NCBI GenBank assembly: GCA_903849265.1
Contig: CAININ010000207.1
Span: forward strand, 1-52,614
Direction: 5' to 3'
DNA: 52,614 bases
Source of the DNA: an uncultured Acidimicrobiaceae bacterium
GTDB lineage: Bacteria > Actinomycetota > Acidimicrobiia > Acidimicrobiales > RAAP-2
Numbering within the stretch: the stretch's first letter is position 1; every line of letters starts with the position of its first letter. This document shows, piece after piece, positions 19,041 through 26,817 of this stretch. The position numbers and the translations under genes were made by a program. Under the pieces are notes generated by a model. That model did no database searches. It saw nothing but the letters and a program-made list of their open reading frames with translations, and was not told the DNA's origin.

Positions 19041-19644
19041 GTCGGCCGGGCCGAAGCGTCGGCCCCCCGTGAGTGCGGGTCGTAGTGTGTCGGGCGTGAG
19101 CGCCGCCCCGTCTGTGCACGACTCGTCTGTGCACGACTCGTCTGTGCAGGACTCGTCTGTGCACGAGCAGGCCGCCCTGCGGCTCGGGGGCCTCGACCAG
19201 CGCTACACGCCGGTGCGGCGGGCCCTGGTGACCACGATGTCGACCGCCGGGCGGCCCCTGTCGGTCCCCGAGATCCTGGCGGCCAACGAGGCGCTCCCGC
19301 AGTCCAGTGCCTACCGCAACGTCACCGTGCTCATCGAGGCCGGAGTGGTCCGCCGGGTCACCGGCATCGACGACCACGGCCGGTTCGAACTGGCCGAGGA
19401 CCTGGCCGGACACCACCATCACCTGGCCTGTGCCCGGTGTGGCAAGGTCGAGGACGTCATCCCGTCCGTCCGGCTCGAGCGGGCGATGCACGAGGCGGCA
19501 CGCGTCATCGCCGAAGAGCAGGGCTACGAGGTGATCGGACACCAGTTCGACCTGGTGGGAACTTGTCCAGCGTGCCAAGTGGAGCGCGGGGCTTCTACGA
19601 TGCCCAGCGTCCAGGGGCAAGCCGGCCAGACCCGCAAGCAGTGA
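19030..19644 (+). CDS. Fur-family transcriptional regulator (Zur-like by context)
   Basis: TPVRRALVTTM...LSVPEILA...SSAYRNVTVLIEAGVV winged helix. HHHHLACARCGKV and CPAC metal sites. The start is ambiguous: GTG 19030 or one of the GTGs at 19114, 19129, 19144 or 19159. Confidence 0.82.
   Translation: MRAESAGPKRRPPVSAGRSVSGVSAAPSVHDSSVHDSSVQDSSVHEQAALRLGGLDQRYTPVRRALVTTMSTAGRPLSVPEILAANEALPQSSAYRNVTVLIEAGVVRRVTGIDDHGRFELAEDLAGHHHHLACARCGKVEDVIPSVRLERAMHEAARVIAEEQGYEVIGHQFDLVGTCPACQVERGASTMPSVQGQAGQTRKQ
19111..19167 (+). repeat. 15-bp tandem repeat, about 3.8 copies (tctgtgcacgactcg), at the 5' end of or just upstream of the Fur-family gene
   Basis: Read directly. Copies start at 19111, 19126, 19141 (one c>g change) and 19156 (partial). 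Each carries an in-frame GTG and a GTGCAC palindrome. Confidence 0.9.
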
Positions 19645-19671
19645 CCGAGGAATTGTGACAAGGAGAGCAGC

Positions 19672-21063
19672 ATGAGTCAGGACATCCGAACGGAATCCGA
19701 CAGCATGGGGGCCATCGACGTCCCCGCCGACCGGTACTGGGGCGCCCAGACGGCCCGGTCCCTCCATCATTTTCCGATTGGCGATGACACCATGCCCGAG
19801 CCGCTCATCCGAGCCATCGGGATCCTCAAGGAGGCCTCCGCTCAGGTCAACGCCGACCTGGGCAAGATGACCCCCGAAACGTCCGCCCTCATCGTGGCGG
19901 CGGCCCGAGAGGTGTCCGAGGGCAAGCTCGACGATCATTTCCCCTTGAGCGTGTGGCAGACCGGCAGCGGCACACAGTCGAACATGAACGCCAACGAGGT
20001 CATCTCCAACCGGGCGATCGAGATGGCCGGCGGAGTGATGGGATCGAAGGTTCCGGTCCATCCCAATGACGACGTCAACATGTCCCAGTCGTCCAACGAT
20101 ACGTTTCCGACGGCGATGCACATCGCGGCCGTCGAGGAGATCACTCATCGGCTGATCCCCTCCATCCGCCACCTGCGCGAGTCCCTGCAGGCCAAGGTCG
20201 ATGCCTACGGGTCGATCACCAAGATCGGCCGCACCCACCTGATGGACGCGGTGCCGCTCACCCTCGGCCAGGAGTTCTCGGGCTACGTGGCGCAGCTCGA
20301 TGCGGACATCCGCCGTATCGAGTCCACCCTCGACGACCTCTACGAGCTGGCCGCCGGCGGCACCGCGGTCGGCACCGGGCTCAACACCCATGCCGAGTTC
20401 GGCGTTCGCGTGGCCACCGCCATCGCCGAGTTGACCGGCCTGCCCTTCGTGACCGCGCCGAACAAGTTCGCGGCACTTGCTGCCCATGACGCCCTGGTGA
20501 TGACCAGCGGGGCACTGCGCACGCTGGCGGGCTCCCTCATCAAGATCGCCGACGACCTGCGCTGGCTGGGGTCGGGGCCGCGCAGCGGTTTGGGCGAGCT
20601 GAACCTGCCCGAGAACGAGCCGGGCTCCTCGATCATGCCGGGCAAGGTCAACCCGACCCAGAGCGAGGCCATGATCATGGTCTGCATCCAGGTGTTCGGG
20701 AACGACGCCGCGGTCGCCATGGCTGGCTCACGGGGAAACCTCGAGCTCAACGTGTGCAAGCCGGTGATCATCTACAACCTGCTCCATTCGGTGCAGCTGC
20801 TGACCGAGGCATCGGGTGCCTTCACCCGGTTCTGCGTGGACGGCCTCGAGCCGAACGAGGACCGCATCCGCCAGCACCTCGAGAACTCGCTGATGCTGGT
20901 CACCGCGCTCAATCCGCTGATCGGGTACGACAAGGCGGCCGAGGTCGCCAAGAAGGCTCACAAGGAGGGCAGCACGTTGCGCGAGTCGGCAGTGGCGCTC
21001 GGTTACCTGTCCGGCGAGCAGTTCGACGAGGCGGTACGACCCGAGTCGATGACTCACCCTTGA
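19672..21063 (+). CDS. fumC: Class II fumarate hydratase
   Basis: [16 protein letters not shown] signature. Full-length fumarase/aspartase family protein of 463 aa. Confidence 0.97.
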   Translation: MSQDIRTESDSMGAIDVPADRYWGAQTARSLHHFPIGDDTMPEPLIRAIGILKEASAQVNADLGKMTPETSALIVAAAREVSEGKLDDHFPLSVWQTGSGTQSNMNANEVISNRAIEMAGGVMGSKVPVHPNDDVNMSQSSNDTFPTAMHIAAVEEITHRLIPSIRHLRESLQAKVDAYGSITKIGRTHLMDAVPLTLGQEFSGYVAQLDADIRRIESTLDDLYELAAGGTAVGTGLNTHAEFGVRVATAIAELTGLPFVTAPNKFAALAAHDALVMTSGALRTLAGSLIKIADDLRWLGSGPRSGLGELNLPENEPGSSIMPGKVNPTQSEAMIMVCIQVFGNDAAVAMAGSRGNLELNVCKPVIIYNLLHSVQLLTEASGAFTRFCVDGLEPNEDRIRQHLENSLMLVTALNPLIGYDKAAEVAKKAHKEGSTLRESAVALGYLSGEQFDEAVRPESMTHP

Positions 21064-21147
21064 GGTGACCCACCTCTGCACCGACCGGGTCCTGGCTGGG
21101 CGACCGGAGGGGGCCGAGGGGACTTCGTTTCGCGTGGGGCTGCGTGA

Positions 21148-21164
21148 TCTGACACAGTGTCAGA
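21148..21164. promoter_or_regulatory. Perfect 17-bp palindrome (8-1-8), candidate operator upstream of the P450 gene
   Basis: TCTGACAC-A-GTGTCAGA, ending 46 nt upstream of ATG 21210. The reverse complement was checked by hand. Confidence 0.45.
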
Positions 21165-21209
21165 CGACAGGGTCCCGCCGGATCGGCCCCTGATGGACGA
21201 AGGAGCACC

Positions 21210-22421
21210 ATGACGACCATCCCCGCCGAGCTGCACATCGGCCTGACCGACGGCACGTTCTACGGCGGCGACCCGTTCCCGGCATTCGCCTGGATGCGCA
21301 AGGAAGCCCCAGCGTTCTTCGACGAGCAGGCCGGGGTATGGGGGATCACCCGGTACGCCGACATCAAGGAGATCTCCAAGGATCCGGATACGTTCTCCAA
21401 CGCCGGAGGGATCCGACCGGACAGCGATGCGCTGCCGATGATGATCGACACCGATGCTCCCGAGCACGTGCGCCGGCGCCGTCTGGTGAGCGAGGGGTTC
21501 ACTCCACGCCGTATCCGCGAGAGCGAAGAGGGGATCCGCGTCATCTGCGACGCCATCATCGACCGGGTCTGTGAACGTGGCACAGCGGACTTCGTCAACG
21601 ACATCGCCGCCCCGCTGCCGATGATCGTGATCGGCAACATGCTGGGGGTCGCACCCGAGGACCGTGACGCGCTGCTGCGGTGGTCGGACGACATGCTCAA
21701 AGCGCTGGGCTCACCCGACCCGACGGCCATGGACCGCGCTGCCATCGCGGCCATGGAGTACGCCGAGTACATCACGGCTGTGGCCGAGCAGCGACGCCGC
21801 GACAACCAGACCGACGACCTCATCGGCACCCTCGTCCACGCCGAAATCGAAGGCGACCGGCTCGATGAGTCCTCCCTCATCTATGAGTCTCTCTTGATCC
21901 TGATCGGCGGCGATGAGACGACCCGCCATGTCATCAGCGGCGGCATGTACGAGCTCTTGACCCATCGCGACCAGTTCGACCTGCTGGCGTCCGATCGAAG
22001 CCGCATGCCGGTCGCCATCGAGGAGATGCTCCGATGGGTGTCACCCATCAAGAACATGGCCCGCACGATGACCCGGGACGTAGTGCTGCACGGTCAGACG
22101 CTGACGAAGGGGCAGAAGCTCCTCCTCCTCTACCCGTCGGCCAACCGAGACGAGTCGATCTTCGAGAACCCGGAGACCTTCGACATCACCCGCACTCCGA
22201 ACGACCACATGGCCTTCGGCTTCGGGTCCCACTTCTGCCTCGGGAACAGGCTGGCTCGCATGGAACTTTCGGTGATGTTCGACCGCCTGCTCGAACGCCT
22301 GCCTGATCTGGCGCTCGCCACCGAAGAGGAGCCGCCCAAGCGAGCAGCAAACTTCGTGTCCGGGTACGAGACGATGCCCGTCACGTTCACCCCGACGGCA
22401 CCAGTCGGAGCCAGCGCCTGA
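21210..22421 (+). CDS. Cytochrome P450
   Basis: Heme-binding loop FGFGSHFCLGNRLA, I-helix GGDETT, and ExxR (EEMLRW). Confidence 0.95.
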   Translation: MTTIPAELHIGLTDGTFYGGDPFPAFAWMRKEAPAFFDEQAGVWGITRYADIKEISKDPDTFSNAGGIRPDSDALPMMIDTDAPEHVRRRRLVSEGFTPRRIRESEEGIRVICDAIIDRVCERGTADFVNDIAAPLPMIVIGNMLGVAPEDRDALLRWSDDMLKALGSPDPTAMDRAAIAAMEYAEYITAVAEQRRRDNQTDDLIGTLVHAEIEGDRLDESSLIYESLLILIGGDETTRHVISGGMYELLTHRDQFDLLASDRSRMPVAIEEMLRWVSPIKNMARTMTRDVVLHGQTLTKGQKLLLLYPSANRDESIFENPETFDITRTPNDHMAFGFGSHFCLGNRLARMELSVMFDRLLERLPDLALATEEEPPKRAANFVSGYETMPVTFTPTAPVGASA

Positions 22422-22717
22422 TGGCCCGCCCGATCGCGTTGACCGACGCCGAACTGGCCGCCGCCATGGCCGGCCCCGACGCACCCGACTGGGTCCAGGT
22501 CGATGGTCGGCTGGAGAAGTCGGTGACGTGTCCGAGCTTCGCTGCCGCTCTGGACTTCGTGATGGCCGTCGGCAAGCTGGCCGAAGAGGCCAACCACCAT
22601 CCGGACATCGACATCCGCTGGCGGACCGTTTCGCTCGCCCTCGTGACCCACGATGCCGGTGGCCTCAGCGAACTCGATATTGATATGGCCCGGGCGATCG
22701 ACGCACTGACGGTCTAG
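22421..22717 (+). CDS. 4a-hydroxytetrahydrobiopterin (pterin-4a-carbinolamine) dehydratase family protein
   Basis: EANHHPDIDIRWRTVSLALVTHDAGGLSELD is the PCD/DCoH signature. The start overlaps the P450 stop by 1 nt (TGATG). Confidence 0.85.
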   Translation: MARPIALTDAELAAAMAGPDAPDWVQVDGRLEKSVTCPSFAAALDFVMAVGKLAEEANHHPDIDIRWRTVSLALVTHDAGGLSELDIDMARAIDALTV

Positions 22718-22723
22718 ACGACG

Positions 22724-22755
22724 AGAGGACGGGACCCCGCAAGGCCCCGCCCTCT
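22724..22755. terminator. GC-rich hairpin between convergent genes (likely bidirectional terminator)
   Basis: AGAGGACGGG ... CCCGCCCTCT forms a 10-bp stem with one mismatch. An inner CC/GG pair closes a GCAA tetraloop. No U-tract. Confidence 0.45.
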
Positions 22756-22778
22756 GTCGACTGCAGTGATGGTTCGGG

Positions 22779-24089
22779 TCAGTAGCCCCCGGTGCATCCG
22801 TTCTGGTCAGGGGCGGCATTCGGACTCCCGAAGTAGTGGGTGGCAAAGGCCACCGCTACCCGGATCTGCTGGAGCTTGGAGGCGTTGGCCGCATTGCCGG
22901 GGAACCCGAAGGTGTTGAACTGGTTCCAGTTGGCATGGCTCATGCCGAGGCCTCCCGAGAACGCGGAGCCGTCTACATGCCAGTTGCCGCTCTCCTCGCA
23001 GATGCTGACCCGTTCCCATGCGGCGATCTGGCCAGGTGTGAGCCCGTAGTCGACCACCGCGGGCGGTGCCGGGGGAGCCGAGAGCGTGCTCCCGCCGAGT
23101 GACCCGCTGAAGGCCACCGAGCCGAAGTTGAACACGCCGCCGTCAGCGGCAACGTCCACGTAGCCGCCGGTAGTGGACGAACTCCCGACAATGGGCTTGT
23201 TCAGTGGATTTCCTGCAAGGGAGCCTCTGAAGGTGGCCCCGCCGAAGGCATAGGTGCCCCCGTCGCTGGACACGATCCGGTAGCCACCGTTGGCGGAGTC
23301 GATGCCGATGGCGGCCGAGGTGACAGGAGCGGTGCCAAGGTACGGAGCGTCGCCGAAGGCGTAGACATCACCGTTTGCTGCTACCTCCCAATAGCCGTTG
23401 CCAGTCGAGGTCGGTGCAATCCCGACGATCGGGCTGGACTCGGACATGCCGTTGGCTGAGCCTTGGTAGCTGGCATCACCGAAGGCGAACACGCCGCCGT
23501 CGGCTCCGACGAGCCAGTAGCCACCGCCATCCGCCGTGGGAGCGAGACCCACGATGGGCGCATGCAGTCCGGCGCCGGTCATGGAACCATCGAATCCGGC
23601 GTCGCCGAAGGCGAAGACGCCACCGTCAGCAGCGACCTCCCAATAGCCGTGACCGGTTGGTGTGGTGTCGATTCCGACGATTGGGCTGTTCAGGTTCAGG
23701 CCGACGGTCGAGCCGTGGAACGTGGCGTTTCCGAAGGCGAACACGCCGCCGTCGGCTCCGACGAGCCAGTAGCCGCGACCGTTCGGGGTGGCAGCCACCG
23801 ATACGACGGGAGCGTTGAGCACGACACCCGCTCCGCTGGGGAGATCGCTGGCCGCGGCAAGGGCGGGAGTGCCCATGAGGGTTGCGGCCAACGTGGCCGA
23901 CACGGCGACGGTAGCCAGTCCGGCACCGGCACGTGTAGCGCGCTGCATCTTCCTGCGAACCGAGTTCGTGGTGTGCGACGGGATGCTGGTGCGGATGGAG
24001 TGGACGTGGGCAGGCGACGGTGCCTGCTTGTTCTTGGAATGCGCGTGGGTACGCGAGGGAACAGCGGTAGTAGAAATTGACGAAAGCAT
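22779..24089 (-). CDS. Secreted Rpf-like (resuscitation-promoting-factor-type) transglycosylase fused to six propeller-like repeats
   Basis: C-terminus has WERVSICEESGNWHV...SGGLGMSHANW, an Rpf/transglycosylase-like motif. Signal peptide MQRATRAGAGLATVAVSATLAATLMGTPALAAA. ATG 23948 is an alternative start. The ATG 24089 extension has high GC3. Confidence 0.82.
   Translation of the reverse strand: MLSSISTTAVPSRTHAHSKNKQAPSPAHVHSIRTSIPSHTTNSVRRKMQRATRAGAGLATVAVSATLAATLMGTPALAAASDLPSGAGVVLNAPVVSVAATPNGRGYWLVGADGGVFAFGNATFHGSTVGLNLNSPIVGIDTTPTGHGYWEVAADGGVFAFGDAGFDGSMTGAGLHAPIVGLAPTADGGGYWLVGADGGVFAFGDASYQGSANGMSESSPIVGIAPTSTGNGYWEVAANGDVYAFGDAPYLGTAPVTSAAIGIDSANGGYRIVSSDGGTYAFGGATFRGSLAGNPLNKPIVGSSSTTGGYVDVAADGGVFNFGSVAFSGSLGGSTLSAPPAPPAVVDYGLTPGQIAAWERVSICEESGNWHVDGSAFSGGLGMSHANWNQFNTFGFPGNAANASKLQQIRVAVAFATHYFGSPNAAPDQNGCTGGY
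23085..23819 (-). repeat. Six tandem intragenic repeats of about 38-42 codons (consensus PIVGIA.T..G.GYW.VAADGGVFAFGDA.F.GS)
   Basis: Repeat units counted in the translation. A 42-nt stretch is identical at 23481-23522 and 23733-23774. Confidence 0.85.
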
Positions 24090-24501
24090 GGAGGGTGACC
24101 TTTCCTCGGTCGGCCAGAGCGACGTCTGATGACGGAAGCGCTCGGACTCTCTTCTGGTTGGGTGGACCCCACATCTATGCATTCAACGCCCCAGCCGGTC
24201 ACCGGGAAGGGTGGGCCGGCCTGGCTTCAAGAGCCGGGTGTGCTAGCGGGTGTTCATGTCCGTAGTACTCAAACGTTGGTTACGTGCCGCTCTCCTCGAG
24301 GGTGCGCTGCGGAGCTTGCCGGTGTCGGCTGGGGTGTCGGGCACGACCACTCGGGTCGACGGCCTTGGGACGAACCCCTGTGCTCGGAAGTAACCACTAT
24401 AGCCGGAATGGTCGGAAATGGGAACCCTCCTTCTCCAGGAAGACTGTTCCGGTAGGGAATACCCCTAGCCGAGGTCGTCGGGCTGAGTGAGGGCTACCGC
24501 A
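24090..24501 (-). promoter_or_regulatory. Unusually long non-coding leader/promoter region upstream of the Rpf-like gene (candidate structured RNA)
   Basis: About 410 nt with no convincing ORF in a window whose other gaps are mostly under 150 nt. It contains the lowest-GC patches in the area. The function is not established. Confidence 0.3.
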
Positions 24502-24885
24502 TCAACTCGAGGACGCGACCACCCTGTGACCAGCGGATTCGAGCGATCTGATGGCAAGGTCGAGGTCGGTTCCCTTGACCAGGATGAGGTCGGTGTCGTA
24601 AGTGGAGACGATGAACACGCCGATGCCCGAATCGGCCAGAGGCACGGCCACCGAGGCGACGACGCCGACCAGTTCGAACGCAAGGGGTCCGACAATGCGA
24701 AGGGCACGCCAGTCAGGTTCGATACGGGAGCCCGCCGGCTCCACGCCCTGGACGCACACGATCGAGAGCTCGTCTGTGGTCCGTGTCAATGAGTAGATCC
24801 CGGCGCCCGGTGGCGGGGATGGCCAGGGTGCCCCAGGATCCAGACGGCAGACAGACAGCGTCCCCGATTCGACGACCAGGGTCAT
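24502..24885 (-). CDS. ACT-domain-containing protein (ACT_7/CASTOR-like)
   Basis: LSVCRLDP...IYSLTRTTDELSIVC...RALRIVGPL.FELVGVVASV..PLA..GI.VF.VSTYDTDLILV pattern. Start chosen at ATG 24885. Confidence 0.7.
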   Translation of the reverse strand: MTLVVESGTLSVCRLDPGAPWPSPPPGAGIYSLTRTTDELSIVCVQGVEPAGSRIEPDWRALRIVGPLAFELVGVVASVAVPLADSGIGVFIVSTYDTDLILVKGTDLDLAIRSLESAGHRVVASSS

Positions 24886-24902
24886 CTGCGGCACGGGCGG
24901 CT

Positions 24903-25538
24903 CTAGCCGACTGGCAGGTCCCACAAGGGGAACCACCGGTCGAGGTCGGCTTCGACGTGCAGGTCGTCGGCCACCAGGCTCCGGATCTTGAACTCCTCCT
25001 CGGTCGAGCGCTTCTCGTGCCCTGTCGGCACGAACGGGTAGAACGTTCCCCGCTTGAACAGGTAGACCAGGTACGCCGTCGACTTGAGGAGCGCTCCGGT
25101 ACCGACGGAAGCCCCCTCACGCACGTCCACGTTGTCCGAGGGTGTCAATGCGTCTGTCGCCAGCTCGGCCAGCCCGAATACGGAGCACAGGAGTTGGGGC
25201 CCCCATCCGGCATCGCTCAACGACGAGTTCACCATGTGGATCCGCGTCACGAGGGACTCGATGTCGGGGTCCTCGACGACCAGCCATACGTAGCCGAAGC
25301 TGTCTTCTGATCGCGTCAGGCCCGACCCCCCGTCCATCGACAAGAGGGTGACGATCTCTGCCTCCATGTCGGTGAAGCCCTGCCCGGTGGGGGGCTTGAA
25401 GCACACACCGGCATGTCCAGAACAGGTCATGCCGGCAGCGCTCTGCAGGGTGATGGATGCAGAGGGCATGGCGAAGAGCGCATCGAGGTCCGACTGGACC
25501 GGCTTGGTCCGCCCGAGGATGGTGTCGAAGAGGCCCAT
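24903..25538 (-). CDS. Conserved hypothetical protein, PspA-associated (PspAB-like as I recall the NCBI family name)
   Basis: 211 aa with no catalytic motif recognised. Sits 25 nt downstream of htpX in the pspA operon. Confidence 0.6.
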   Translation of the reverse strand: MGLFDTILGRTKPVQSDLDALFAMPSASITLQSAAGMTCSGHAGVCFKPPTGQGFTDMEAEIVTLLSMDGGSGLTRSEDSFGYVWLVVEDPDIESLVTRIHMVNSSLSDAGWGPQLLCSVFGLAELATDALTPSDNVDVREGASVGTGALLKSTAYLVYLFKRGTFYPFVPTGHEKRSTEEEFKIRSLVADDLHVEADLDRWFPLWDLPVG

Positions 25539-25563
25539 CAGCAGGCGTCGGCTGGGCTGAAGC

Positions 25564-26508
25564 TCACGAAGGACGGCCCATCTCGGCCTCTAGGGCGGCG
25601 AGCTGGGCCAGACGCTGGTCGAGCGAGGGGTGGGTCGAAAAGATGGTCGAGATGCTCACGCCGCTCTTGGCGATCGCCGGAGTGAAGTAGAAGGCGTTGA
25701 AGGTCTCAGTGGACCGCAGGTCCCGGCTGGGGATCCGGGCGATGTCTCCGGTGACCTTCACCAGTGCCGAGGCCAAGGCCGAGGGCTGCCCGGTGAGGAT
25801 GGCACCTGACCGGTCGGCGGCCAGCTCCCGGTAGCGCGACAGCGCCATGGTCAACAAGAAGCTGATGGCGTAGACGACGACCGATACAGCCAGCACGGCC
25901 AACTCGACGAGAACAGCCTGGTCGCCGCCCTGGTTGTCGTTGCTGTTGTTGTTATTGCTGCCTCCGAATCCCCCCATCATCCCGGTCCACAACATCATCC
26001 GGGTGACCATGCCGGCGACCATCCCGAGGAAGCTGGCGATGGTCATGACGGCGACGTCGCGGTGGGCCACGTGGGAGAGCTCGTGGGCCAGGACGGCCTC
26101 GAGCTCGGACTCGTCGAGCCGGCGCATCAGGCCGGTGGTGGCGCACACCACGGCGCTGTTGGGGCTGCGTCCGGTGGCGAAGGCATTGGGTACATCGGTA
26201 TCGGCAATAGCGACACGGGGCTTCTTCATGTCGGCCATGGCGCAAAGCCGATCGATGGCCCCGTGGAGCTGGGGTGCTTCCTCGGGCGTGACGATCCGGC
26301 CGCCCATGCCGTACAGGGCGATCTTGTCGGAAAACCAGTACTGGACGAACAGCAGGGCGCCGGCGATGACCAATACCAGGGCATAGGAGATGCCTACGGC
26401 GATGAGGAGGCCGATCACCGCTCCGTACAGGAGGACGATCAGCAGTCCGGTGGCGAACATCCGCAGAGAGAGCCCGCGATCGTTCGGGATGTTCCGTGCA
26501 GTGCTCAT
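25564..26508 (-). CDS. htpX: Zinc metalloprotease HtpX
   Basis: HELSHVAHRD (HExxH), four TM segments, an internal GGFGGSNNNNSNDNQGG linker, and a C-terminal STHPSLDQR. Confidence 0.93.
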   Translation of the reverse strand: MSTARNIPNDRGLSLRMFATGLLIVLLYGAVIGLLIAVGISYALVLVIAGALLFVQYWFSDKIALYGMGGRIVTPEEAPQLHGAIDRLCAMADMKKPRVAIADTDVPNAFATGRSPNSAVVCATTGLMRRLDESELEAVLAHELSHVAHRDVAVMTIASFLGMVAGMVTRMMLWTGMMGGFGGSNNNNSNDNQGGDQAVLVELAVLAVSVVVYAISFLLTMALSRYRELAADRSGAILTGQPSALASALVKVTGDIARIPSRDLRSTETFNAFYFTPAIAKSGVSISTIFSTHPSLDQRLAQLAALEAEMGRPS

Positions 26509-26538
26509 GGGGAGGTCCTCGGGGTCACAGGTGGAAGA

Positions 26539-26817
26539 TCAGCGGTCGTCGCCACCGGGTTCAGCCAGCAGCGCCTTGGTCTCGTCCAGCGAGGCGTCGG
26601 AAAACGGCACCACCAGGTCCGAACTGGTGAAGGAGTCAGCGGCCAGCGGGGTGCCTACTCGCCGCACTTCTTCGATGACCGCGGTCAGCGCGGTAGCGAA
26701 TGCAGCATCGTCGTCACCCTCGACGGCGGCGTTCAGGCTCGCCTCGAGACCGTCGAGCGTCCCACGCTCGTCGTCGCCCACGTCGAACTGGCCTTCTCCG
26801 AGGATGCGCACGATCAT
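26539..26817 (-). CDS. Small acidic protein, PspA-associated (PspAA-like as I recall the NCBI family name)
   Basis: 92 aa, MIVRILGEGQFDVGDDE.... Its ATG overlaps the pspA stop (ATGA). Confidence 0.6.
   Translation of the reverse strand: MIVRILGEGQFDVGDDERGTLDGLEASLNAAVEGDDDAAFATALTAVIEEVRRVGTPLAADSFTSSDLVVPFSDASLDETKALLAEPGGDDR

Noticed and set aside
19111-19167. Short tandem repeats (also at 46-177, 9100-9135 and 37256-37323) considered as possible CRISPR arrays
   Set aside because: The units are 9-15 bp and directly abutting with no spacers. They lie in-frame within or at the edge of coding regions, and no cas genes are present. They are micro/minisatellites, not CRISPR.
18883-20487. 534-aa ORF on the minus strand
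   Set aside because: It is antisense to the Fur-family gene and fumC ([16 protein letters not shown] on the plus strand). No recognisable domain.
25934-25975. AT-richer gttgtt-type tract encoding NNNNSNDN inside htpX
   Set aside because: It falls in the Gly/Asn-rich cytoplasmic linker that is variable and low-complexity in HtpX homologues. It is in frame and does not disrupt the HExxH protease core, so it is probably an ordinary linker.
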